Origin: Mizuhopecten yessoensis
Lineage: Eukaryota
Direction of reading: 5' to 3'
DNA length: 64,000 bases
Assembly: GCF_002113885.1 (NCBI RefSeq)
Contig: NW_018408899.1
Coordinates: 333,988-397,987, forward strand
The notes below the pieces were generated by a model, which saw only the letters and a list, made by a program, of their open reading frames with translations, made no database searches and had not been told where the DNA came from. Shown here piece after piece: positions 25,804 through 38,963 of the stretch (its first letter is position 1; every line of letters begins with the position of its first letter). Made by a program: the position numbers and the translations under genes.

Positions 25804-28800
25804 ATGCGACACCTACTTGAATTGTCTATATATCTAATGTTATATAGAATGTTCCAGTTCCCTGTTATATACACTCACTGTGTTTGGTACCGTAAAGGTT
25901 ATGTATGTAGGGAACATTGGCCCTATAAGGGAACCATGCCAAGCAACCTATACTATTTTTAATTGGGATAACCTAAACGCTTATATGCAAAAAGGCAGAG
26001 TTATACGGTTATTTATATTAACAATCAATGGTTGAGGTGGGTTTAAGCTTATTAATGTGTGAAGACATACACCAGAAACAGAAAAATTCAGCGAGGAAAA
26101 AGAGCATATATACTAATATAGATCTAAAAAATGTTCACGAACAAATTACAAAAAACAACGCTGAAAGCACCGTCATACCGATGTGATAAAATTATAGTAA
26201 GATAAATAATAGAACTAATAAAACACATCTTTATGCGAGGACTGGTCCCCCCCCCNNCCCCCCCCCCCCCCCCCCAACCAAAACAAACACATAAGGTAAA
26301 TAAAAGACGGCGGATGACTATTAAGTTTTCTGTAATAATATACGTAATTGACAACATATTCAAATCTATAATATAGGTCCTTCAAAATATCCACAAATCA
26401 AACAAGAGTGTTCCGCACTGTATTGTTGTACAGACCTTAAATTTAAAATCTGATGTTTCTGAAAGATTACACTCTTTTTGTAACAACAGATTGCAACTGT
26501 AATTGAGGAAAAAACAACGGAAAGCCAACACGGAAAAAATGATATGACTAAAGATTAAACTCGTTTAGAAAACAAAACAATTGTTTATTTGGTAGAGCTT
26601 ATATCATCAAATGACAGTGAAAGAAACAAAAGTGAATGTGACGGAGGGGAGTCAACACCAAACATTAGCTACACTATGGATATAGGCCAATTACATGTAA
26701 AGCTAAATACCGAAGAGCAATCTAAATGTGATCATGTTAGGGAACTATCGAGCACGGAGATATCCTTTGATGATAATGATTCAACCGAGGAAGAAGATAC
26801 AACAAATCTAAACAACATTACTGAGGAGGAAGGTACAACAAATCTAAACAAAAGTACGGAGGTGGAAGGTACAACAAATCTAAACAGCAGTACGCAGGTG
26901 GAAGGTACAACAAATCTAAACAACAGTGCGGACGAGGAAGGTACAACAAATCTAAACAACAGTACGGACGAGGAAGGTACAACAAATCTAAACAACAGTA
27001 CGGAAGTGGAAGGTACAACAAATCTAAACAACAGTACGGATGTGGAAGGTACAACAAATCTAAACAACAGTACGGAGGGGGAAGGTAAAACAAATCTAAA
27101 CAGCAGTACGGAGGTGGAAGGTACAACAAATCTAAACAACATTACTGAGGTGGAAGGTACAACAAATCTAAACAGTACGGAGGAGGAAGGTACAACAAAT
27201 CTAAACAAAAGTACGGAGGAGGAAGGTACAACAAATCTTAACAGCAGTACGGAGGTGGAAGGTATAACAAATCTAAACAACAGTACGGACGAGGAAGGTA
27301 CAACAAAGCTAAACAACAGTACGGAGGGGGAAGGGAAAACAAATCTAAACAGCAGTACGGAGGTGGAAGGTACAACAAATCTAAACAACAGTACAGAGGT
27401 GGAAGGTACAACAAATCTAAACAACAGTGCGGACGAGGAAGGTACAACAAATCTAAACAACAGTACGGAGGTGGAAGGTACAACAAATCTTAACAACAGC
27501 ACGAAGGTGAAAGGTACAACAAATCTAAACAACAGTACGGAGGTGGAAGGTACAACAAATCAAAACAACAGTACGGAGGAGGAAGGTACAACAAATCTTA
27601 ACAACAGCACGAAGGTGAAAGGTACAACAAATCTAAACAACAGTACGGAGGTGTAAGGTACAACAAATCTTAACAACAGCACGAAGGTGAAAGGTACAAC
27701 AAATCTAAACAACAGTACGGAGGTGGAAGGTAAAACAAATCTAAACAGCAGTACGGAGGTGGAGGGTACAACAAATCTAAACAACAGTACGGATGAGGAA
27801 GGTACAACAAATCTAAACAACAGTACGGAGGTGGATGGTAAAACAAATCTAAACAGCAGTACGGAGGTGGAAGGTACAACAAATCTAAACAACAGTTTGG
27901 AGGTGGAAGGTAAAACAAATCTAAACAGCAGTACGAAGGTGGAAGGTAAAACAAATCTTAATAGCAGTACGGAGGAGGAAGGTACAACAAATCTAAACAA
28001 CAGTTTGGAGGTGGAAGGTAAAACAAATCTAAACAGCAGTACGAAGGTGGAAGGTAAAACAAATCTTAATAGCAGTACGGAGGAGGAAGGTACAACAAAT
28101 CTAAACAGCAGTACGGAGGTGGAAGGTAAAACAAATCTAAACAGCAGTACGGAGGTGGAAGGTAAAACAAATCTTAATAGCAGTACGGAGGTGGAAGGTA
28201 CAACAAATCTAAACAACAGTTTGGAGGTGGAAGGAAAAACAAATCTAAACAGCAGCACGGAGGTGGAAGGTACAACAAATTTAAACAGCAGTACGGAGGT
28301 GGAAGGAACAACAAATCTAAACAACAGGACGGAGGTGGAAGGTAAAACAACTCTAAACAGCAGTACGGAGGAGGAAGGTACAACCAATCTAAACAACAGT
28401 ACGGACGAGGAAGGTACAACAAATCTAAACAGCAGTACGGAGGTGGAAGGTACAACAAATCTAAACAACAGAACGGAGGTGCAAGGTACAACAAATCTAA
28501 ACAACAGTACGGACGAGGAAGGTACAATAAATCTAAACAGTACGGAGGAGGAAGGTACAACAAATCTAAACAACGGTTTGGAGGTGGAAGGTAAAACAAA
28601 TCTAAACAACAGTACAGATGAGGAAGGTACAATAAATCTAAACAACAGTACGGAGGTGGAAGGTACAACAAATCTAAACAACAGTACAGATGAGGAAGGT
28701 ACAATAAATCTAAACAACAGTACGGAGGTGGAAGATACAACAGCAAATCAAAACAACAGTACAGAGGAGGAAGGTACATCAAATCAAAACAACAGCACTG

Positions 28801-31800
28801 CAGTTTGTAACCACAGTACGAAGGAAAAATGTTCAACAGCCAGTCAAAACAACAGGACGGAGGAAGAAGATACAACACTGCTTAACAGCAGTAGAGAGGA
28901 GGAAGGTACAACGCCTTTAAACCTCAAGACGGAGGAGGACGGAACAACAACATATCTAAACAGCAGTACGGAGGAGGAAGATAAAACAAATATAAACAAC
29001 ATTTTTAAGGAGGAGAGCACAGCAATAAACCTAAACAATTGTACGGAAGATGAAGATACAACAACAAATCTTAACAGTACAGAGGATGAAGATACAGAAG
29101 ATGAAGAACTAAGGGTAACTGATCTGGCTAACAGTGCGGAAGATGAAAGTAAAACAATAACTGCAGAAACGACTTCTGATACAAACGACACAACAACCAA
29201 AGTCACTGTTGATCAGGCAGGAGAACACAAATTGAAGGCACAAGAATGCCCTTCTCCAACATGTCAAGATTGTGATGACGGAAAGTCTCTGAATGACACA
29301 GTCGAATGTCTACCTGGTGATTCTTGTGAAGGTACTGAACTAGGAGGAAATTTGTGGGAAGATGGTGGCATTTTTGCCACTGATGTCGAAATTGCTAAAC
29401 AGTATTCATTGTACCATACCAACAGATCAACAAGAACATTGAATCAAAAGGTTCAAATCAATTTCATAGGAACACCTATGAGTAGGCGGATACCTGTACA
29501 TACCTCTCTGAAACCAAAGACAACTGACAAAGGTTCTACAAAAGATATTGGTTCGTCAGTGAACAATCCGAATCTGTCATCTCATCTTGTATCAGACACA
29601 TATAGCAGACAACATTCAACAACCAAGCAACAAACAGAGTTAAAACAGACTTCTGCGATCAGGACGCAACAGTGCAAAGGGACTTTATTTGCCATTTGTA
29701 CACATTGTAACCACAGAAATATGGCCCTTTATTCCTGTGAGGATTGTATGGTGAACTGCTGTTCGGTATGCATCTATGCCCTTCACCCTCGTGAGACACT
29801 CTACAAGAACCACACGATCTTGAGTGGACATACGGTATTACGCTGTGGAGTCCACGACGAACCATTATCCTGGTACTGCCGTACTTGTGATCAGCCAATA
29901 TGCGCAATGAGCTTAGCCTTATCCATTCACTCTTCACATGGCGTCGAAAAAGTGGAAACTTACATCAAGAATGAAAAGGTATGTCTCTGTTCATTATTCT
30001 AGTATTACATATTTTTTAAAATTATTATTTCATAAATAATGATCAAAATTAAGTGCAGTATATAATACAGTACTTTACTGGACTTTTATAGCCGTGTTCT
30101 ACCAGCATATCGTTAGCTCCGATCAGAGAGATTATCGTAGCGGGGGTTGAATGTTCTGGTTGATTGTTGTTTATTCTATGTATTTGTTAAGGTTTTTGTC
30201 TTTTTATGATGAGATAGGCATGTACGATATATATTTAACTATATTTTCAGATGATAATTGCTGAGACATAGTAAATCAGATAATTACCGATAGATGCAAC
30301 ATGAAATGTGTAATTTCGCAAATAACTTAAATAAATGTCTTTTGCATATTTCATTATCGAACTCGGTCCCAGATTGTTTGACGTGAGGTTAGCATTCCAA
30401 ACATTATGAAGAACGTGTTAATGATGTGATTGAAATATGTTCTCAGAAACAGCTCCTAGAGTCATACCGACAGGTCGGGACGAGATGTTTGGAGAAAGCT
30501 CACGTTAATCTGACAGCATTAGACGAGTGCGAGGAATCAGTGAGAGTAGGTATTTAGCTGCCTATGTAAGTAAATCATTTATCAAAAATATGTTATCAAT
30601 GGGTTTTTTATGATTGCATTGTAAGCTAGTGAGGTATGTATGCAGCAGCATCATTATGATTGGTTTTTTGTTTCTGTCTTAACATTACAAAAGTGTAAAC
30701 CATATTTTGAATATTCTCGAAATCATTTTAAATATAGATTTTCCGTGAGTTTTACTTTTTTTCAACCATCATGATGATATTCTTGTTATGAAATAAAATG
30801 TTATATAATGCAGTGTGTATGATATATGGACAACAAATGGAAAATGTAAAGATCAGGATTACACCTATTGTAATAGATATTGTTGATTAATTTCGGTATC
30901 TTAAAATTCGAAACAACAAGAATCCCAAAAGAGTCTTATTTAACTGCATTATCGAAGCGGATGTTTCTTGTGTCACTGTATGATAAACGAGAGATACCCC
31001 CAGATTCCTCTGTCAATGTACGATAAAGACAGACGTCCCCAGATTCAGACCTCATTCCATATTCGTCTCACTTCATGATAGAATAAGAAGCCCTCAAGAC
31101 TATTAAAGCAAATGTTCCCCCTGAATTTTACTCCACTGTATGGCCAAAAAAAGGCCCAAAGAGTCTTATTTCATTTGATGATAAAAAAAGACATCATCAT
31201 AGCTTTATCTTACTCTGTTATCTAAGCCGAGGTAACATTATCTACATACTCCATATGTTTTCTCGATACCTATATTTTCTACACCTTTGGAAGACGTCAT
31301 AACGAAATCGAAGGTAGCTGTCCTCTGAAGAATACATTGGCGTAACATTCGACTAAAAGCCAGTCAGTTGACCGTTTTGCTACCGCATGATTCTTTTAAT
31401 GTTCATTTAAGGATCAAACTAGTCTACTTTGGTCATCCACAAGGTGGCGCATAAGGATCTTCAATTTTGTCATGACATAGTTTAAGGGGAGGGGGTAGAA
31501 AGATTTGGGTATCGAGAGAAACCCTTGGAACTGATAAGACTTACCACTCAATCAGAGTCCCTTCTCACTTCTCACTATACTATAGAAGCAGTGGTGTCTC
31601 CAGAGTTTTATCAGTGGGGGAACCCAAAGAGTCTTACCTTACTGCGTGGTCTTATCAGGCAAATTATATGGGGTAAAACAGGTAAAAGTTGTTGTTACCG
31701 GCATTTATAACTTAATTAAACGCTGGTGGTATTCATTGTATATTTATATAGGTACTTCCTTGAGGATGGAAATAACTTAAGTGATTTAAAAGGCTTCAGT

Positions 31801-34800
31801 AAAATAAAAATATAATTGTACGCCGTGATCATTTATTTGTATTGGGATCTCTAGCGAATGCATTTCTAATATACATTTCTATTAATGTCTGTGTGTATAG
31901 CTGGAATGGATTCTGCAGAAACAACAAATACAGCAGGAATTCGCAACATTGAAGAAAGTGATTGGAGAAACTGAAGATTATCTGATTAAGGACGGACAGA
32001 AGGTATGTATTTAATTGAGGAATAGAAGACAAAATGGTTAGATATCGACAGTAAGTAAGGTACACAAATAGGGAAACACAGTTAAGTATATTCAATAAAT
32101 TATTATACTTATTGATACTAATAAAATCGGCATCTTATCTTCATTTTGTGTTCTGGCTCTGACACATCAATGTGACATGCATGTTTATCGCAATGTTATT
32201 GACCTTGTCATGCAGATAATCTTGTTTTCTGTAAATTTTTCAAACGATTTATCGATTTCGCTCTAAACTGAGTTACTATGAAAAGAATTGAAATATGTTT
32301 GCCTACGTTTTGAAAATCAAGATAAGAAGATCTTATTTAATTAATCATCCCTTTTATGATCAGTCATTGCCCAAATACTGTTCTGCAATTTGTCTATCTT
32401 TTAGGCTGTTGATTCAAGAATACGCCATCTTAATTCAATGAGACACGCATACGGAGACGTCGTGGACAGGGAAGCGAGGCTAGCTCAAATGTCTTTGGAC
32501 AGTGTGAACGAAACAACAAAATCACACTTCCTCAAGGTATAGATAATAAGATTCGGTTGTTTAAAATCTAACCAATTTTACATGATATTTCAGATCAGTA
32601 TCATAAAATTTCTTTTCCCTGTGATGATGTCTTTTCTGTTCCTTTTTGTTTATTTGCGAACCGATTTTGAATTCAGGTTATGTAAAGTGCGGATTGAGTA
32701 CAACATGGGGTGCTTTTTGATATGTATTCTATGGATGAAAAGAGACATGGGTGTTCTAGTATGTCAGACTTATAAAGATAAACAAGATTACAAACCAAAA
32801 TTCCAAATACACCAATATTAACAAATACCAAATGGCCAAAGCCAAAACCAAATTGCAGATTTTATTTTGCAATCATTTAATTTTTCAGTTGGTGAACAAC
32901 ACACAGGAAGAGTAAGTAAAACAAAACGTAATGACGAATCAATGGAGTTGAGGGTTAACTCGACTAGACATATCTGCATGTACAAATAATGTGTTGCGCC
33001 CTAGAAATGGTGTAACAAATTTTGTCGATGTCAGACGTTCTGCTCGCCCGTCCAACAGACCATTGGATTTTAGACGTTTCTTCGGATTTTGTTACAAAAA
33101 TTTAGAAGTGACGTTGGTAATCTCATTTAAGTATTTGTATTAAATAAAATATCGAGCCTGTTTTCTTAAAATGACGATTGACATACTTCAAATCTCATAA
33201 CAAAAAACTGTAAACTAACATGACATTTATTGCATTAAATGTTTAAAAATCACCATCGTATGATAAAACCAAGAAGGAGGGTCATTTACTTCACAAGATC
33301 CTGTTGCTGCGTTTTCGTATTGACTTCGAGGTCCATTTCTGTTCTTTTGTAGATTGATATTTCTTTTGTTGTACTTAATTTTTTCTAGAGTGTAGTAATA
33401 GGGTATACTTCAAGCTTTTGCTTGTTAAATAAAGATACAATAAACAAACGTTTTATATTATCTTTTATGTTTCCGATAGATTATCAAACTTCGCACAACA
33501 AACCGAAGTTATCCCGAATGTCAGTCTAACGGGCATGACACCTTTAGCGACACCTCTCAGTTTATTTCAAGTGACCACGTACTTAAAGCAACTGAAGTTA
33601 TCATTGGGTAAGTAAATGATCTGATATGCTTAAAGTAGTTAAAGATAATCCTTGTGTTCGTGACAATATAGAAAAGTTACTTGTATACTGATGTAAAATG
33701 TTTCCTTATTTTTGAGTTATCATTTACCTGTAAAAGATCAAAGAAGTGCCCGAGTCGTTCACCCGAGCATTTCGATAGGGTTCTATTTGTAGTATTAACA
33801 TTTAGTTGGGGATATTACTTGGAAAAGTAGAATCATGACCGTATGGACCGGTATTTGTTAATGCGCTAGACCCATGGCACTGATTTGACCAAAGTTGGAT
33901 TCTACTACCATGAGAGCAAATGTTAATTAAAACTAAATGCGTTGAAAATTCAAGATTATTTTTTTCTGGTCATAATAATACCATATAAAACAGCTCCAAT
34001 TATGAAACAGAATCCTTGTTTGAACTTGCTAGAAAGTTTTGAAATAAACTAAGCTTTGCTGTATTGCGAGAAGACTTTTAGTAATTTTATAGAATTATTC
34101 GCTATTGTCCTGTAAAGGAATTCGGACTCCTCTACCTGTACAAATCCGACTTGGTATGCTACAATGTACTGCTGAAAAACAAGCCAAGCATGTAAAAACG
34201 ACAGACACTGGGTATTGATTTACGTCACGAAATAAGTCACCTGGCCTAGGCCAGGCCAGGTAGTTTAAGGTTGCATATACATTTTATTCCTTTTAATTCT
34301 CAAAAACTACGAATTATCCTCGTATTTCGAAGGTGGTCTAGATTGACATTTTAATTTAGGACAATGCATAATCTGCGCCTTTCCTCCATCGTCGACTCTT
34401 CCGGGTACGTTCCACTGTTGTCTTGTTGAGAGGAGAGATAGTGTAGATGTATACTGTGTGTAATCGACGATGTTTTACTTCAGTTCCTGTTGAATTTTCC
34501 CTTAAATTTTGGTACCAATGTTATCAATTATAACAATAATGTGGGATGACGCAATGTTATGTATGCAGTTGAAACTGTGTTATCTTTTTGTCCTGCATAT
34601 TTTTTCAGTTTCCGCAAGTAATACATAAAAACCATCTAGAACTTTCAATTTTATAAAATATCAATGCATTAATTAGAAATAAACGGAATGAAGACCAGAC
34701 ATACTCGTATGAAGGCATACTTATTCGATATAAAAATACCAGCTATCTGTAGCAAATTTATAAATTTCGTTTAGGTTATTTAAAGTTAACTCATTCATTT

Positions 34801-37800
34801 TGATATTGAGAATATTGTTGTTGCCAGGATCTTCAGCCATACGACCACATCAACGAGTGTTATTCGTACCTGGAACCGCCATTCGAGCGTCTATTACAAC
34901 ACACGAACTTTGGGACGCTCCAGATCTCACGTCATCAAGTTTGACGTATTCCATAGAAATAAAAGAAGGGTGGTCAAGTAAAGGTTACCTGTGGAAGGGT
35001 GTGGTCAGTCCTGGTGGTCTACTATTCAATGGACCAGGGATGCACTTTCTGCAAGGAAATTGCAGATACTTGATGAAGGTCACTCCCCGGTACCGAACAA
35101 CGACAGGCTATGTAACCTATGAAACCACACTTGGGAAGCCTTGCCGTATCTTCATTATTACAGGTAGGTTCCTTGTCTCGTCGTTTTGCAGATATTACAA
35201 TTTCATATGAACAACGCGTTTAAACTTTTAAATGGTAGCAAAATGTCGTGCAAATGGCATTCCACATGAGTTAGTAAAGCATCCTTAAAGTTTACCTTTT
35301 TATAATTTGACATTATGCTTTACCATCATAATATAATTTGCTTTGTATATGAAGATAAGTTGTTCAGAATTTCCGTCTCAAAAACTTAATACAGCATTTG
35401 ACTTGTCAATCGATATCAAAAGATATAACTTCCACAAATTCTCGTTTGCATCTGGAAACTGCGTCTATTACAGTTGACCGTCATGACAATGATTGTTAAT
35501 GGTGTCTTAAAAATAGCCCGACCCCCAAAAGGTCACTTTGATAATCACCAAATAATAGCAAGGTGCGGTAGAGTTTTCAAAAATGTTCAAAAATAGCCTC
35601 GAATTATTATCTTTTTGCGATGGATTTAGCCTTGAAGAAGAATGTTTTATGATATGGTGTAATAAGAAAACGAGCACATTTGTAATGATTAATAATGCCG
35701 CATCATTACTTGCACGATTTCTACTTTGTTTAAAACAGTCCTTTGATTTAATTCTGCAAAAAATATGTTCTATTTTTTCAGCCTTGGAAGCAATGGATCA
35801 ATCCCCTGATCGAATTAACACAGCTAAAATAACAGCAAGTTATTTGTACACAAGCTTTGAGGTAATAACTAAGTTTAATGTAGCCGCTCAACATCACAAT
35901 TTAGTCCACCACAGTACGAGCATCCCACTTCTGGTTTGTCATGTTTTAATTAAACAAAGCTGATGTGAATTTTAAGTCAGAAATTGTCTGTAATTCAAAA
36001 GCATGAAGAGTTCTTGTAAACAAGGTGAATTTGATGTGATTCCTTTTATTATGACGTTAAAAATAAATCAAAACCTGTAGTGTAAATGTTTTGTTTCAGG
36101 AGGATCGTCTTGCATACATAACGCAACTGTCACGTGCAGAAAAAGGTATATTGTCATGGATTTCTTCATGTGAAAGCAAATTGTTTGCGATTTGGTTTCT
36201 CTGTGGAATATTTTATGATATGACTAATTTATTTATATAAGACAATGAATTCAATTTTCCCTCGAAACAGTTTCTTTGCTTGTTCGATATTGGTTTTAAA
36301 TAATACATATATGTGTAATGATTTAAAGAGGCTCCATACTTTCGCAATTAACAGGCAAAATTCGTTGAAACTTTCCAAATTTTAACTTTTAAACATTTAA
36401 GGTGGCTCTACACATCGTCGTCAGTGTCCATTTTCGTGACGTAATTCCGGAAAAAGTAAAGCGGACTCAATTATCTCGATCGCAATGTGCATGTACACCA
36501 TATGTCGTCATTTCCGTATTGCGTATCGGACATTCAATACCGTACTGTAAATTATAGTAACAGCCGGTAAAAAATAGTACCGATACGCAATACGGAAAGG
36601 ACGACATATGAGCCCGCTTTAGTTTTTCCGGAATTACGTCACGAAAATGGACACTGATGACGATGTGTAAAGCCACCTTAAAGGATTGAAGCTGTTGTGA
36701 ATAAAGATAAATCCAGTATCATTTTATTGTTTTAGAAACACCCGACAACAAATGCAGACGGGAGAGAAAATCATTTTGCAAACTTTGGCAGTAAGATATT
36801 ACTTGTTTTCAAACTTTAATAAGCTGAGTGTGTACAACTACTTTTGTAATAATACTAAAATAAGTAATAGTTTATCATTGGTTAAATTGTGATCAGTTGT
36901 AAGCATTTGTAATTAATTTAAGCAGTTGATTGCAAGATATTTAATTCATTATAATTGACTGCTCATTTATCATTAGATCTCTATGGATACGTAAAATGAA
37001 GTATACATTTAGATAGAAAAAACATCTAGATCAATCGCTCGGTATTATTGTCAAAATCAATATTATAATTTGGTGTTATTTTATGTTAAAAATAAGTTCA
37101 AACAAAACAAATAAAGTATAAAGTAATTTCGGTCGATACATATTCATATTGACCAAGGAGAACAATATCAACCCATGGTTAATGTTCCTTTTTGATACCA
37201 CATATCAAACACATCAATTGAGAGCATGACATCTTAGGAATTGATATGCCAGGGAACAAATTGAAGAACATAACGCCCTAATAATTTACAGATTAATATC
37301 AGTAACAGCTACATAGATGCATCGTTTAGCTCTACGTATGATTTAGCGTAAATATTTCAGCATTTTGGTGTGAATACACAAATTTAAACTCCATATGAAT
37401 CCTAGGAAATAGGTCAACGCAAACTTAGCGACTGGCATTTTCGTTTTGCATGCATTTTTTTTGTACACAAACAAGTTCATTTGTAAATATTAAATCAAAC
37501 AATCATCACTTCAAAAAGGTTTTTTGGTTATCAGAAAGCCTTTTCTCATTAAAAAATGAATTTCATCCAAAACCAGGACCCAGGTGTCATGATTTCGAAC
37601 TTTCTCAAATGTGTATGTAAGGAGGGAGGAACCAAATGTGATCAGTGCCCAAAACGGATCACTAATCACAAAAAGAGTTTTAAGTATTCAAAAGTGATTA
37701 TTTACACTGATGTAGCTTTAGAAGAGATAGCCGTGCAATATGTATATTTATCTACAGGTGAATACTAGTATTTTTCGAGATCGAATTGAATCGGAACACA

Positions 37801-38963
37801 TATTTCAAACTTATAATGAAGACAACTATTTATGTTGTCAACACATTTCGAATGCAAGGACGATGCTTTCTGTATGACACAATGGGTTTATGAAATATTG
37901 AGATGCTTGTTTAGATTTTATCATTTGAAGCATAAGATATTACAAATTCTAGACGTGATCCGTTTTGGGTACTGACATTTGCTAAATCGTAAACGCTCAT
38001 TGTAATGGTGACGTCAGCACAGAAGTTCCCAGTGTTAGTAAACTATCAAACGGGTGATTAGCAAAGTTCTGCTATACTCATTAGAATTAATCATTAGGAT
38101 ATCAATAAACTAGTGCACGAGACCTTGTAGTCCGAATTATTCTGACGTTTTATCGACATTTTTCATATCGGTCTGTCGTCGATTAACGTCAGAATTCCGG
38201 CCCTCTATAATATGCGGGAAATATGCGACCCGCGCTCGGAGCGCACTTCAAAGTGATAATTTAGAAACAAATCGTCACTTTCACACACATGTCGCACATG
38301 GATCGAAATATATATAGAGACCTTGCAGCTCCATGATTATTTTTTTCCCATTTTATAAATGCGAAGTATACCGGGGGGATCAAGCCTAGCCGGGCCCTTG
38401 AGATTTTTCTTTATATCTAATTGCTACCGTTTACTATAAACCATCTATATTGCAATAAGGTGATTTTGCGTTGTTGTTAAGTCGCCGGTACAATCAGTCA
38501 CGAATTAAACACTTTTTACCATTATTTGATTTACGATACACAAATGAATACACTTATATCTCGGATGTTATCCCGGATGATTTAAATACATGTGCAGTAG
38601 TCGTTTGAATAATTGTTTTAAAAAAATCATAAAAACCACATCATATAGTTAGCTGGTAACATTGATGTTGATGTTAAACTTGAAACTAGTTACAGCATCT
38701 AGTGTAACAAATGCATGTTCAATTACATGTATGTGAAATAACATCTGCTGATAACAATTTTATTTAATTGTATTATAAACTTTCCATCATAAAACAGATT
38801 ACGAAAATAAGTTTTATGTTAAACAATATTAACATACTAGTTGTAACAGGGAAGTAATACCGCTGTTACTAAGACGGTTGTGCGGTCACTGATAAGAACA
38901 CGTTTACTTAGTGTCTGCACGTCATCCTATTCAAAATCATTTTTTATTTTCAGGAAGAGGTAG
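25804..38963 (+). CDS. RING-less TRIM-like protein (long 13-aa repeat N-terminus, B-box1, B-box2, coiled coil, FN3-like), ~1495 codons, with one in-frame TAA at 27654-27656 (possible null allele, pseudogene or sequence error)
   Basis: Phase-consistent exons: 25804-25897 (less certain), 26596-29978, 30447-30545, 31901-32002, 32405-32536, 32889-32911 (23-nt micro-exon typical of TRIM genes), 33480-33607, 34828-35163, 35782-35861 (or GC donor at 35834), 36100-36145, 36736-36790 and 38954-38963. B-boxes are CTHC..CEDC..CCSVC..LHP..H and CGVH..YCRTCDQPIC..HSSH. The coiled coil includes QKQQIQQEFATLKKVIGETEDYLI. The FN3-like part is LWDAP..YSIEI..LQGNCRYLMKV. Confidence 0.8.
26780..29100 (+). repeat. 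Coding minisatellite, 39-bp unit (EGTTNLNNSTEV-type 13-mer), ~50 conserved copies plus degenerate copies
   Basis: The unit gaaggtacaacaaatctaaacaacagtacggaggtg/gag repeats from ~26790 to ~28790 and decays to ~29100. Length variants are whole-codon indels. Confidence 0.97.
31261..31517. mobile_element. MITE-like element with short TIRs, carrying a CTCF-like motif; related fragments at ~21830-21880, ~22560-22660 and ~41555-41663
   Basis: Termini tctcgatacc/ggtatcgaga. The shared core catccacaaggtggcgca...attttgtcatga occurs in three places. Confidence 0.55.
36401..36677. mobile_element. 277-bp MITE with ~70-bp TIRs and TTAA target duplication (Kolobok-like), in a TRIM intron
   Basis: ttaa|ggtggctctacacatcgtcgtcagtgtccattttcgtgacgtaattccggaaaaa... 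pairs with ...tttttccggaattacgtcacgaaaatggacactgatgacgatgtgtaaagccacc|ttaa. GG/CC rather than CCC/GGG ends argue for Kolobok over piggyBac. Confidence 0.85.
37633..37981. mobile_element. MITE-like inverted-repeat element
   Basis: caaatgt..tcagtgcccaaaacggatcac (37633-37662) pairs with gtgatccgttttgggtactgacatttg (37955-37981). Confidence 0.55.
38128..38188. repeat. Transposon-end fragment (TAG terminus); inverted homolog at 60877-60937
   Basis: tagtccgaattattctgacgttttatcgac...tctgtcgtcgattaac is closely the reverse complement of gttaatcgacaacaga...gtcgataaaacgtcagaataattcggacta. Confidence 0.7.

Noticed and set aside
26246-26275. Poly-C / G-quadruplex tract
   Set aside because: It contains nn, so it is an unresolved homopolymer in the assembly and its length is unreliable.
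26732-29206. Long antisense ORFs (LLFRFVVPSTSV and CCLDLLYLPPPY repeats)
   Set aside because: They are by-products of a 39-bp tandem unit lacking stops in those frames. They end where the array ends, and only the + frame continues into real domains.
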